This document shows, in pieces, positions 45,394 through 57,564 of a DNA stretch of 64,000 nt. Position numbers and translations under genes: made by a program. The stretch lies in the NCBI GenBank assembly GCA_964252035.1, contig OZ176203.1; one strand, 5' to 3'. The notes beneath the pieces are model-generated. The model made no database searches, was not told the origin of the DNA, and saw only the letters and a program-made list of their open reading frames with translations. Origin of the DNA: Podarcis erhardii. Its lineage: Eukaryota. Position 1 is the stretch's first letter. Every line of letters begins with the position of its first letter.

Positions 45394-46521
45394 ATCGATG
45401 ATCACGAAAATGGCCTGGAAGGAATGATGCCGGAAGTTGAGGTCACAGGTTCAGTGGACAACTTGGGGTCCAAGCAGGCCCTCACAGCAGACTATGTGGA
45501 TTCTGGCTACGAGAGGGGGCAGCTAAACCCTAGTTCTCTCCATAATGGCGACCACGAGATAGCCACCTACACACTGACCAATGCGGTGCCGTTGACCCCA
45601 CCTCTCCATGAGATATGGCACTGGGAGATTGAGAGCCTGGTAAGCCAAGCCTTGGCTCCACACTGTGACAATGGGAAGGGTCTCTATCTTGTTTCCGGGG
45701 CAATTCCTTCCACCCTCAAAGTGAAGGACAAAGTCTCTGTCCCCGAGTCTCTCTGGCTGGCCGCCTGCTGCGATGATGGTTCCAAGACCTGGTCTTTGGG
45801 ATTTATTAAGCAGGCAACTGCTGAGAATCGCCTGGAAGACCTCACTGTGGAAGCCCTTGAGAAGAAGCTCCACGCAGGAGCTCAACTGTTTAAGAACCAC
45901 TGCGGCCAAGACAGACACGACCCCAAGAAACTGGAGGAGGTCCACCATGCTGTGAAACACGTCCGAGCTAAGGAACCGGTGCCACAAGCGAAGAAGTCCA
46001 CCACAGGCCAGCACACCGGCACACAGCCAAAGGAGGAGAGCGGCTTTCTGAAGAAGTTGTTTTATTTCATCGTTACACCTATCTTCAAACTGCTGAAATT
46101 GGTCGTCTACCTGGTTGGCTATATTGTGAAATGCACCTTCTCTCTCCTGTGGCGCCTCATCCAGACAATCGCCGGAGGGGTGTTCACCTTCATCAAAGGA
46201 ATTGCCACAGCGCTGCTCAATGTCTTTGTTGACGTGGCTCGCGTGGCCGTCAACATCCTGAACGGCATTGCCCAAAACATCTACAGCGTCCTGATGGTTA
46301 CATACAAGATTCTCAGCATCCCTGTGAACGTGATCCTAGACATCGTGTCCTTCCCTTTCTACACCCTGGGTGCCATCCCTACAGTCCTCCGAGATATCGC
46401 CTCAGGTATTGGTGGATTATTCTTACTGGCAATTGATGCCACAACAAGCATTGTGAAGGGCCTAAATTACATCGTTTCGCATTTAGCCAAAAGGTTCCTT
46501 CCTAAGATTTACGATGCCTGA
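45394..46521 (+). CDS. ENDOD1: ENDOD1 exon 2 (IDDHENG...KRFLPKIYDA*); rest of the DNA/RNA non-specific endonuclease domain plus hydrophobic C-terminal region
   Basis: Polypyrimidine tract and tttcag acceptor; 1128 nt open frame within ORF 45343..46521; KQALTADY, RGQLNP, ATYTLTNAVP motifs; joined protein 481 aa; synteny with SESN3 and CWC15. Confidence 0.96.
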   Translation: MDDHENGLEGMMPEVEVTGSVDNLGSKQALTADYVDSGYERGQLNPSSLHNGDHEIATYTLTNAVPLTPPLHEIWHWEIESLVSQALAPHCDNGKGLYLVSGAIPSTLKVKDKVSVPESLWLAACCDDGSKTWSLGFIKQATAENRLEDLTVEALEKKLHAGAQLFKNHCGQDRHDPKKLEEVHHAVKHVRAKEPVPQAKKSTTGQHTGTQPKEESGFLKKLFYFIVTPIFKLLKLVVYLVGYIVKCTFSLLWRLIQTIAGGVFTFIKGIATALLNVFVDVARVAVNILNGIAQNIYSVLMVTYKILSIPVNVILDIVSFPFYTLGAIPTVLRDIASGIGGLFLLAIDATTSIVKGLNYIVSHLAKRFLPKIYDA

Positions 46522-47285
46522 AAAGCGGTGTGAGAAAGCGAATGGCTATGAAGAACTGTGGGGAAAGAAACCCAAAGCAATACTTTCCGATATGTTGCTA
46601 ATCTCCTGCTGTTCCTATAAAGTATTTATTTGTGATGACATTAACAGTAATGAACCGATGTTCTGGTAACATGGGTGAGCTTCATGCCCCCTTCCCCTCC
46701 TGAAGGGGCATTTTATGGCAAAATTAAATGTTCACTTATTGTAAAATGTTGCACTTTGGGTGGCTGGTTGACCTTTCCGTCTCATGTCAAGTCTTTTGAG
46801 AACCAGGAAAAGTTCTGAACAGGAGAAAAACATTCACCCTCTCTACTAGAATATATGAAAATGGTGGATACAGAATCCTCTGCAGTGATTGAACCTGCCA
46901 AAATACTTCTCTTTGTAGTAAGTCTGCAGCATAAGCAGAGAACCTTACGGGGGGGGGGGCAGGGTTTTTAGAGATTTTGAAGAAATCATTTTCCCAAGTC
47001 AAGAATTATCTATGGAGAGGAAAGTCGCTTTCCAAATTTTCCTTTTTGGTTTAGGCTTTAACTCAATGATAAGAGAGCACCCTTGGCATGTGGAGGGTCC
47101 CACATTCAATCTTTGACATCTCCAGTTAAAATAGGGGTCTTTTCCAGCCCAGTTCTCTATCTGAGATCCCAGTTGAGCCCATCAAGCAAAGGATACAGCA
47201 TTCGGCTGGCCAGTGCTCTGACTCATTGTAAGAATTATTTTTGCACTTTTTTGCACTACTTCCTCCTTCCCCCCACTCCTTGGGC

Positions 47286-47286
<1 letters not shown>

Positions 47287-47337
<51 letters not shown>

Positions 47338-48000
47338 TTTATACCCTGCCCATCAGGCTGGGTTTCCCCAGCCATTCTAGGTGGCTTCCAACAAAATATT
47401 AAAAATACAATAAAACGTCAAACATTAAAAACTTCCCTAAACAGAGATACCTTCAGATGTCTTCTAAAAGTCAGACAGTTGTTTATTTCCTTGACATCTG
47501 ATGGGAGGGTGTTCTACAGGGTGGGCGCCACTACCGAGAAGGCCCTCTGCTTCTTGCAGTGAGGGAACCGCCAGAAGGCCCTCAGTGTTGGACCTCAGTG
47601 CCTGGGCTGAACGATGGGGGTGGAGACGCTCCTTCAGGTATACTGGGCTGAGGCCGTTTAGGGCTTTAAAGGTCAGCACAAACACTTTGAATTGTGCTCG
47701 GAAACGTACTGGGAGCCAATATAGGTCTTTCAGGACCGGTGTTATGTGGTCTCGGCGGCCACTCACAGTCACCAGTCTAGCTGCCGCATTCTGGATTAGT
47801 TGCAGTTTCCGGGTCACCTTCAAAGGTAGCCCCACATAGAGCACATTGCAGTAGTCCAAGCGGGAGATAACTAGAGCATGCACCACTCTGGCGAGACAGT
47901 CTGTGAGCAGGTAGGATCTCAGCCTGCGTACCAGATGGAGCTGGTAGATAGGTGCCCTGGACAGAGAATTGACCCCTGCACCTCCATGGATAGCTGTGAG
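47287..48000 (-). mobile_element. L2 LINE 3' fragment with (ATT)n tail
   Basis: SRLDYCN, LQLIQNAAARL, HITPVL, WLPVRFRAQFK motifs of L2 ORF2; (AAT)n at 47287-47333. Confidence 0.9.
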
Positions 48001-50089
48001 TCCAAAATGACTCACATAAAGCATTTCAGCTGGCAGGTCATCTGCTGCTGTCCCTTGAAGGTAGAAGAATGAGTTCCTACAGGGAGGAATTCAATCTAGC
48101 ACTGATGGAACAATCTCCCCTCCCCTCCCCTCGTGTGCTGTTCTGGGGTTCTTCCAACCCCCTCAAGCCAATTTCAGGGGGGAAGCCCTCTTGCACTAGT
48201 GGAAGTCCTTGTGTGAGCTTCTGCTAGTGTCGTTGGTTAGTTGAACCTGGTCAATACTGGTGCTGAATATCTGTTTAAGAAACGGAGTAATGGACTGGGA
48301 AGTTCCCAGTTGAATTTCATCTCTGCGATGAACTAAACTAGGCAACCTCAAGCCCCTCCATCCACAATATGGAAAATAATTATGTTGACAGGAAGGTGTG
48401 TAAGGTAAAGGCATAATGTATGTGAGGCACCTTGAATCTTGCAAGCGCTGTGCACACATTCACACAATCCATTTAAGGCACTACGATACCTCTTGAAACA
48501 GTGATGGGTTGCCTCAAAGGATTCTGGGAGCACTTTGTTAAGGGTGCCAAGAATTGTTTAGCCTTCCTTCCTCCCCGAGCTACAATTATCAATCCCTCTT
48601 CATGGAAAACTGGGAATTGTAGCTCTGGGAGAGGAACTACGGCTCTCCTAAAAACTTTCAGCACGTTTAACTACTCCTCCCAGAATTCTCTGAGGCAAGC
48701 CACAACTATTTAAATGATGTGAATGTGGCCATAGTGCAGTATCTAATTCTATGCTCTGTTCTTTTCAGATTGTTTGAGGCCTACTGGCTTTTGCTTCTAA
48801 GGCAGGTCTGGGTTTCAAACCTGTGCTTAGATTAACTTCTGAATTGAATTGTTGTAACACAAGGGACATGGCTCTGCCCTAGAAGACAGTATAGGCCGTT
48901 TTAGTGAAAAATGAGGCAGCTAGACTTCTTATCTGCGGCTAGATGTAGGGAGCACCTCACAATTTTTTTTTGTTTTTGTTTTAAGAAATAGCCATGGGGC
49001 TCCTGGTCGATTTTAATCTTTAAAAAGCCTTTAAAAGGCTTGAGACAAGTTTAGCTTAAGGACCACTTCCCCCTCCATGAAGCTGCTCAGCTCGGGAATG
49101 CTTTCCCCATGGCGAATGGCAGGGCACCAACCCATATATCTTCTGTGTTCCTGGAGAGAATCTTTCTATTTGCCCAGCCTTTTGATGTCTCAGAGTTTTA
49201 ATCTGGTTCTCTGCTTTGATCTCTGCTGCTGTTTTACATTGGATTTTTGGTTTCATGTATTTATTGCTAACCTTTATTTCTGATTTTGTTTGCCACTCTC
49301 AAGACGTTTCACATGGGAGAGTGGTATAGAAACACCACCTAAGTGAATAAATAGTATTTTCACTACCTCTATAGAGTGAGGCTTCTCACAGCAATCTTTA
49401 TTATTTAATTTATCCCTTGCCACATACTACGGTGTCGGCAGAAGAAAGGTGGCAGTTCTGTGCTTAAGAACCTATAGCCAAAAGCAACTTCCATCACCCA
49501 TGCCCATTGGCCACACTGGCTGGTGCAGCTGGGAGCAAGAGTTCAAGTGGAAAGCCAGAGTTTCCCCATCTCAGTCTTAAAAGGTGGCATGGCTGACAAC
49601 CACCAATAGGATCCCACTTTCCCTAATTTGTCCACAAAAAGAGTTAGATAGCCACTAGGGAAACTTTTAGTTTGCAAAATAAGTGGACCCAATTGGGGAC
49701 CAGGGGGAGGAAGAGAAAAAGGTGTGAGTGCTCTTACGAACGGTCAGATTCTGCATCAGGTCATGCCTCCATGTTTAAGCTGCTAAGTTACAGACAAATA
49801 ATTATCTGGTACAAGCAACGCCAGGAAGAAGTGTATATGCAGCATTTAGTGCCCCACTGTGTTCAGATCAGGTTAAACAGGCAACAATCTCCTTTTAACT
49901 GGCTGGTTTGAGTCCTTAGTTTGGAGCGACTGCCGTTCCTGGGAATAATGGGCACGATCCAGCCGAAGTTAAGGATTTTTAATCACACCCCATGGGTTAG
50001 AATGTGGAATCCCTCCTTTTGAAAGGCGTAGGCATGGCAAAACACATCAAGTTAGTTGTGTGTTTTGGGGTTTTTTTAACTGTAACAGC

Positions 50090-50920
50090 AAGAAGTTGAA
50101 ACGTTAGGAAGATCATTCTGGAAAGCTACAGAGTTTAATTACATTCTAATTAAGCTGTCGGGAGATAAGTTTCAGGACAAAAGGAGTACTTCTACACACC
50201 AGGTGCATGGGAGTTACACAAACTCATTACCACAATACGTGATGGTGGCCAGAATCTTTTAAAAGAAAGAGAAGACCCATGGAAGATGTGCCTTAGTAAT
50301 GGCTATTAGTCACGACAAGCCGCAGAAAACCTCCATGATTAGAGGCGGTTTACCTTTAATTCACAAATTGGGGGGGGGGGCAAAAAAGGGTAGATGGCTC
50401 TTTTGCACCACACCTTGCCTGTAAACCTCTCATGTCACATAACAGGCTTCCTGCTTGGAGAGGGGAAAGCTGGGTTTTAATACTGAATTTTTATGTGTAA
50501 AATCAGAAACACTCCAGTTTTCCTCCTAAGGCTAGAACATCTAATTAAGCTGAATGTTGGAAAATTCAGGACAAAAGAAAGTACTACTTTGCACCGTGCA
50601 TAATAAAACCTATGGAATTTGTTCCGGATCAGAGGTAGTGATGATGGCCCCCGATTTGGATGGCTTTAAAAGAGAACTGGACAAATTCATGGGGGATAAG
50701 GCTAGCAGTAGCTATGAGTCATGATGGCTATGTTCTACTTTCACTTTTGGGGGCTGCATGCCTCTGATAAACCATTAATGGGAGCAATTCTTTTGCAGTC
50801 ATGGCCTGCTTGCGGGCTTTCTATCTGGTTGACCACTTCGAGAATAGGATGGTGTGTTAGATTTTTTATTATTATTATTAGATGGGCCTTTGGGCTGATC
50901 CTGCGAAGCTTTTCTCGTGT
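50090..50920 (+). mobile_element. Two old CR1 3' end fragments in tandem
   Basis: TTCAGGACAAAAG..AGTACT and GGCTTTAAAAGAGAACTGGACAAATTCATG motifs typical of CR1 3' ends. Confidence 0.6.
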
Positions 50921-53707
50921 TCTCATGACTATATGGACCTTTGTTCTGATCCAGTGTGACGGTTCTCAAATCCATATATAAAATTAATTTCAAAAGCACC
51001 TTCCAAGAGAGCCACTGAACTGAAGAAAGAAAGACACGCCACATTACAGGGGTGGGGTTTCTCGCCAGTTTTTATTGAACCAATAAAATTCCTACCGATA
51101 ACAATGAAAGAAATTTCAGCAAGTATAAACGCTATACAGTTTTTAAACAAACCCCATTGTTCCGTACCTATAAATAGAATTTTTCAAAACCTCATAAAAA
51201 GTGCAGATTTTATGAATTGCTGTTAACAGGTTAATAATATGCACACACAAATTCCTTTATTGAAAAATATGGTGTGTTTTTTTTTCTTTTTGTCTCAGCT
51301 CGCTAAAAAGTTCCTTCCACATCTGTTCAGATACAATTCAAGTTGCGTTAACTAAAAGCTTAACAGAAAGAAAAAGAGTCACACAAACAGATCCAGTTGG
51401 ATAGGCTTGTCCAATAACCACGGATGTCAGAAAAATGCTAGCTGAACTCTTGGTTTTGTCCGCAAGAAGTCCTAAAATCGACACAACTGCAGCAAGAGAC
51501 ACATGCACAGTGCAACTCTATACCTGTCTACTCATAGCTAAGCCCCCAGTGAGCTCAGTGGGGATTACTCCCATGTTGTGTATGGGTTTGCACCCCGAGG
51601 GTGTGGTGCTTTTAGGGTGGGCAAGATCTAGGGTTCACCCAAGTGCTCCAGCTATTCCTGGAGTTAAATATTTCTGGGGTGTAGGAAATGCTTTGTTGCT
51701 CCAGAGGAGCTTTATCCTGCACTTGTCCTGAGATAACAAGAGTTCTCCTAGACATATATGCTGTACTAAAGATACGCTGTTAGCCTCTTCTCAACCCACC
51801 ACCCTTCAGTGCCATTAAATTCATTGTAGCCCAGCCATAGGCAACCAATAGTCGCTTGGCAAGGCAACCGTCAGCTGAATGAGTTGCATACACTCTTAAG
51901 GAAATAGTGTATTTGTTTTAGTCAGCTTCTCTGCACAAGGAAAGCTCTCACAAACATGTCGGGTCCGTTGCTACCGCCCTTGGAGTTTCTGACCTACTCC
52001 TTTTCCCTCCCAGGATAGTCTTTGGCTAACTGCATCCCTTCATGGCAAGGGAAATGGGCCTGGCGCCTTCTTATGGAGCTCAGCCTTAGTTAGGACTGCC
52101 TTGCTGGCCCGTCTAGACCTCTATGGTGGTTCTTCCTGGGTGATCATGGGAGGCCATCGCCTCCATTCACAAAGACTTTTGCATTCCCCCTTAACACATC
52201 CACTCAAGAGCTAGCACTGTACTCAGTTAGTTTCGAAACAACCTTTCCCCTCGCGTGGTGCAAAATGAGCTCGTTTCCCCAGGTATTGGGGGGGGGGGGT
52301 GTCACTATTTGAAACTTACAAAGAAAGTAATCTTGCCTCTACAGCAAGGTCTGTTCAGCATGGACAGTCCTAAGTGGCTATGGATTTTACCGAGTCAGTT
52401 ACTTTACAAAAGGGAAAAGAAATAAACCGAAAAAGCTTAAGTCAATATAAAACACATCACCTTTCTCTCCCCACTCCCGCAGTACACACGTACAAAATGC
52501 ATACACGTGGACGTTAAAAAAAAAAAAGCTGTGCGAATCCTAAATTGCATCATCGATAAGCTTATTCTACGTACAGCCATAATGTAGAACGAACAAACTG
52601 AAAATGGGCAACCTTGGAGGACTGGACCATCCAACTCGGGTTAGCCCTACATTTCACAAACTTTTTTTTTATTAAAAAAGAAGAAGTTACAGTAACAAAG
52701 TCAAGGACCACAAAGGCCTATCACAGCTTCTAGAAAGACACTACATTTAAAAGGAGGGTGGGGTGTAAAAAAAAAAAAAAAAAAAAAGCCGAAAGAATTA
52801 AAGCAACATCAATACTGATTATTTTGCAGAGACCAGATAAGACGTTCACAGCATGCTACATATAGGACTTCAAACTAAGAAAAGAATAAAAGGTCAATTT
52901 GCTTGGCTACCCTGCATTTGTTCAGGTACCATTTTGGTTTTTACCCTAGAGAACTCCATGCATGGACTAAAAGATTATGTAAACCAGGGGGTGGCCAGCT
53001 TATGGGTCACCATAGTCTGCAGGCATTCACTGGGAGCCAGAACACTCAGTACCACTGCCACCCCGTGGATGACCAAGCTGAACAAAATATTTAAAAATGG
53101 CTCATGTGTGCCGAGATGGTCATTCAGGCTGCGGATGGGATGTGCAAGCAACAAGTCCAAGAGAATCTATGCAGAATGCTAGGTGGACATTCAATTGCTT
53201 TGCTGCCATCTAAGCGAAACTACAAAGAAACATCTGACCCCCCAAGTTAATCAGAATGTATTTGATAGGGCTACCAAGAGAGGGGGCAGAAAAAGGTGCT
53301 TTGGGGGCTGGATCCTACCCTTGTATGGTTGGCTGGTCAGCCCATAGCTTTGGTATCTCAGCCTACTGTACGCTCAGTTAAATTGAGTACCTCTTTAAAC
53401 AGGGAGCTCCTTTCTACTGTGAGCTCAGAAGAGAGAATTAAGGGGAAAGGAGGGGAGAGGGCTGGCATTTCAGACAAAATAGCGTGGAGCAGAATACTGA
53501 TACAGCTGAGGTTTCTACTGCCTCTGCAAGTTTTATTCATTTATTTCCCAAACTCCACAATAATTGTGGAGGCTGCTGAACTGTTGAAGCTAAGCAGATG
53601 TGGAGCTGGTCATTCCTGTGGATGGGAGGCTGTTGGGAGCAGAATAAAAAGCAGAGTAACAGCAGAATAAAATAATTTTAGGTAAGTACATATGCCTTCC
53701 TCTGGAA

Positions 53708-53845
53708 CAGCGGTTCTCAACCTGTGGGTCCCCAGATGTTGTTGGACTACAACTCCCATCATCCCTGAGCTCTGGCCTTGCTAGCTAGGGATGATGGGAG
53801 TTGTAGTTTAACAACATCTGGGGACCCACAGGTTGAAGATCCCCA
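53708..53845. mobile_element. Hairpin hAT-type MITE within the putative SESN3 3' UTR
   Basis: 48-bp stem (53719-53766 / 53787-53834) with 2 mismatches; CAGCGGTTCTCAACCT end. Confidence 0.8.
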
Positions 53846-56419
53846 TTTGTGACCAAATTTATACAGAGGGTTGTTATTTAAGAAAATGAAGGCCTCAGTC
53901 TGGAAGATGTTTATTTCAGGGAAGCCAGAGGAGAGGCACTTCAAGACGGTTGTTATTTTCAGGTGGGATTCAATCACAGGCTGGCAAATTCATGAAGTTT
54001 ATTGAGAGCTCTTGTCCAACAAACCTGCTTTCCAAAAAGATCAGATTTTTATTTATTTTTTGCAATAACTGAAGTGGCAGAGAAATGCACTGCTAAGCAT
54101 GGGATAACTCTTGCTGTGACACAATCGTCATCTAACCTCCCTGCAGACAAATCAGAATGAAGGCTCAACAAACAGCATACGTCGTCTGATCTCTCTGCAG
54201 ACAAATCTGGATGAGTGCTCAACAAACAGGCTGCCTGGAAGCGCCTTAAGGGTTGTGGAGCTTGTGCCTTAAACAAGCATACAAAAAAACCCCCATATCC
54301 ACTTGTGGCTTTCCTTGCTTTGTAACAAACATCTGTGGCAGGTGTCTGGCAGCCTCTTCATTTAGTCCTGCCACTCCAATTACAGAGGAAAATGTACATT
54401 CCACAGAGGTGGGAAATCCTTACAGTTGTGCAGGAACCTCACATGCCAATTCTGATTTCTATTCTTCCCATCTCATAAGATGTGCACCTTTTGACCATGT
54501 TCCACCTTTCGAAGGATAGACCTGAGAGCATACAAATCTAGAAGAGGTTTGTGGGGGAAATGTGAAACTTTTAAAATTTATCTGGCGCTGTAGAAAGCAG
54601 AGCCCAAAATGGCCCAACTCAAACAACAGCATTCTGACAGAAATCTCCATTAAAAATGGCCCCATGCCGTTCAGCAAATGTTTGTGTTGAAATCTCTCTT
54701 CGTATGATGGGACTCTATGCTCCTTTTATAATGCAGGCTCAATTTTCTGTTTTATTTGTGCAAAGAACGCTTCACTTACTAACAAAAGAAGCTCTCTTTT
54801 AAAATGTCAGCAAGGGATATCAAAAAACCGAATGGTTCTTTTGAGGGGGGCGGGGGAAGAAGGTTCAAAGTCAGTTGGAATTTCACCCTCTTAACTAAGA
54901 TGGGCCAGTTCTGGAAGGCCAGTTTAAGCAAGCAAATTTCCAATAGTATGATACCCAAGGCAATCTTAATCGGCTGTGAATGATCGCCAAAGAAGGCGAC
55001 AATGCAAGGTACCATACTCATTTGAAAAATCTGGTCAGGAGGTTTGTAAATGCCTTCCTCAACGCAGGGAGTGTTAAGTGTGTCTCTATCATGGTTTAAG
55101 GGATTTCACACAAGAGCTGGGCATCAGTCCAATGCCCATCTAGTCCAGCATTCTATTCACACAGTGGCACCAGCTATTTATCAATGACCAACTGAAGCAG
55201 ACTCAGTTGAGAAGAGTGGATTGGCACTAGTAGCCAAGAAAGGTATCATTCAACCGCCTTCCAACAACATTAAGACACTGATGAACAGCTGCACCCCAGT
55301 GTGGGACAAACGAAGATGGGATTGGGGGGGGGGGTTCTAATGACCTATCAGACCCTCAAATCAGAACTTGGGCAAAATTTCAAGTAGTAACCATGCTATG
55401 TGTGCCTGTGCTTGCAGAGGGGAGGCCGAATATGCAGGGAACCTAGAAACCTGTTTGGTTAACATCAAATCACATAACAGTCCATTTGCTTTTGAGCCCA
55501 GCAGCTGCTGCAAATCAGAACCCCGCTGCACACCAAACGCCAAACTATTTAAGCAAGCCAGTTCTGTGAATTGATTAGGGCATCTGAACACACTGGGACT
55601 TGCTTCAGAGTAAACATGATCTGGAACTGGGCAGTAATGACCTGATCCCCTGCCCCTGACCAATATGCCTTGATTTATTTATTTTTTGTTTGTTTCTTTA
55701 CTGGAGCTAGAATCTGGAATTTCCCCACACATACACCTATTTCCTGCACCTGCACTTGCAGGCTCATGTTTGAAACTTCTCTCTCTCTACCGAGTATGTG
55801 CAATTCCACCTGTGAGCCTATCTGTCTCCCACCCCAAATAAATTTGATGCAGTTTCCCCACCTAAAAAAGGAGGGGTGGGAAGAGATCTTGAAGCAGCCA
55901 TATTTTATTTTTGCAATCACAACAAAAACAGCAGAGGGAATGAACAAGCACTTGAGGGGCCTTTTTATGCGCTAAGTGGCAGCCTGAGTCCCACCTCCCA
56001 CTTTGGGGATTTATATCCTTCCATATAATCCACAGAGCCTGCTGGGGGACTCCCTTGCCACCGAGTCCTGCTGCTACCAATGGCTGCAGCCTATGACACT
56101 CTTTTGCCCCTTGGGTTGACAACTAGGACAGATTTTGGCCCAAGGGTGCCAGTTGCTGACACGTAATCCAAAGCCATACTAGAAGAAGCAAAACAAAAAC
56201 GAAAAACAAACCCCCAACTATGCCTACACTGCGAAAGAATGATATACATTTTTGACATCCATGAAGTTTGACGATTCATTCACATGTGCTATTTTATAAA
56301 AAAATAGATTTTGCACATTTTTTAATTTGGCACATCTGTGAGCTTAAGGGGTATATGTCAAGCAAAGAAGTACAATCGTATTCACTTGGATGCTACTCTG
56401 AACGTCAGCATTTAAAAAC

Positions 56420-56470
56420 ACACACACACACACACGTACACACACACACACACACACATACACACACACA
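56420..56470. repeat. (CA)n microsatellite; also (GA)n at 56736-56768 and (CA)n at 57524-57561
   Basis: Direct reading. Confidence 0.9.
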
Positions 56471-56729
56471 ACCCCATCACATTTGAGTATATAAAGCTAT
56501 GCACCAGATCATGACCACATAAAATGTCTACTCTTGAATCAAACATTATCACCTTGAAACATTTTGTTAACATTCAAGTTTGCCATTCTATTTCTAAGGA
56601 AAAAACACAAACTGGTTTTCAAAACAGCAGGTCCCAACCTTGGATACCACATGTAGGTCTGAAATCATGTGAAATCAAGTTTACGCTCCTGTTAATGGAT
56701 TCACTTTATATATATTTCACAGAAGGGAG

Positions 56730-56774
<45 letters not shown>

Positions 56775-57520
56775 CAGTCTTATTGATTTAAAATCTAGTT
56801 GCCTCTCACTGAGATGACTATTCAGTTCGAACAATAAAAAAGTCTACAAGAAAAGGCACTAATGCTTCTGCAATTGGAACACCAGCCTCCCTGTTAAGAA
56901 GAAAAGCCACGACTGCTCTGAAGAAAACGTTTAAGCTCTTACAGTTACATGCAAAGTCTGTTTATGTCTCTACCTCTAAAGGTGAAGACAGATGTTATAT
57001 CTGAAGAGCCGTGGGGCCAGAGGGCTCAGTCCTTCCCCAGCCGATTTCCCTGCATCCACGCCCTGCCTGGCTTTTCTCTGCAGCATGCAAAAAAGTGCCT
57101 GGAACAACAGCAAAGGGGAAAAGAAAGAAAGAAAGGGGCAGAAGTTCCCCTGGCAAAAGTTGCTTCTTCCCCCTCCCACAATCACCAGGGAGGTGTTTGG
57201 TGGAGACTTGTCAGCACCTCGCTGCAATTCAAATCCAGCCAGGGTTAAGCGTCTTAAAAGTCCCAGGGAGTCTCCAATGGAGCCCTCAAACTCTTCCACT
57301 GAAATCAACCAGGCTTTGGACAGGACAGGGGTCAAAGCAGTGCACTTCCAGCTTCTGCAATGATGTCATGCCAACACAACCCATAAAGGTAAGTTGCAGG
57401 CAGCATTTGCACAACCCATCCCCATTGCAGACCACAGTTGCAGATGGCTGAATGCGCTTGTCAAATCCAACGCCATCCTTCAAAACGCTTAACTTTATCT
57501 GGATTTTGATTCGGCTTTTT

Positions 57521-57564
<44 letters not shown>

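Noticed and set aside
45523-46275. 250-aa antisense ORF overlapping ENDOD1 exon 2
   Set aside because: Shadow frame of a GC3-rich coding exon; no recognisable motifs.
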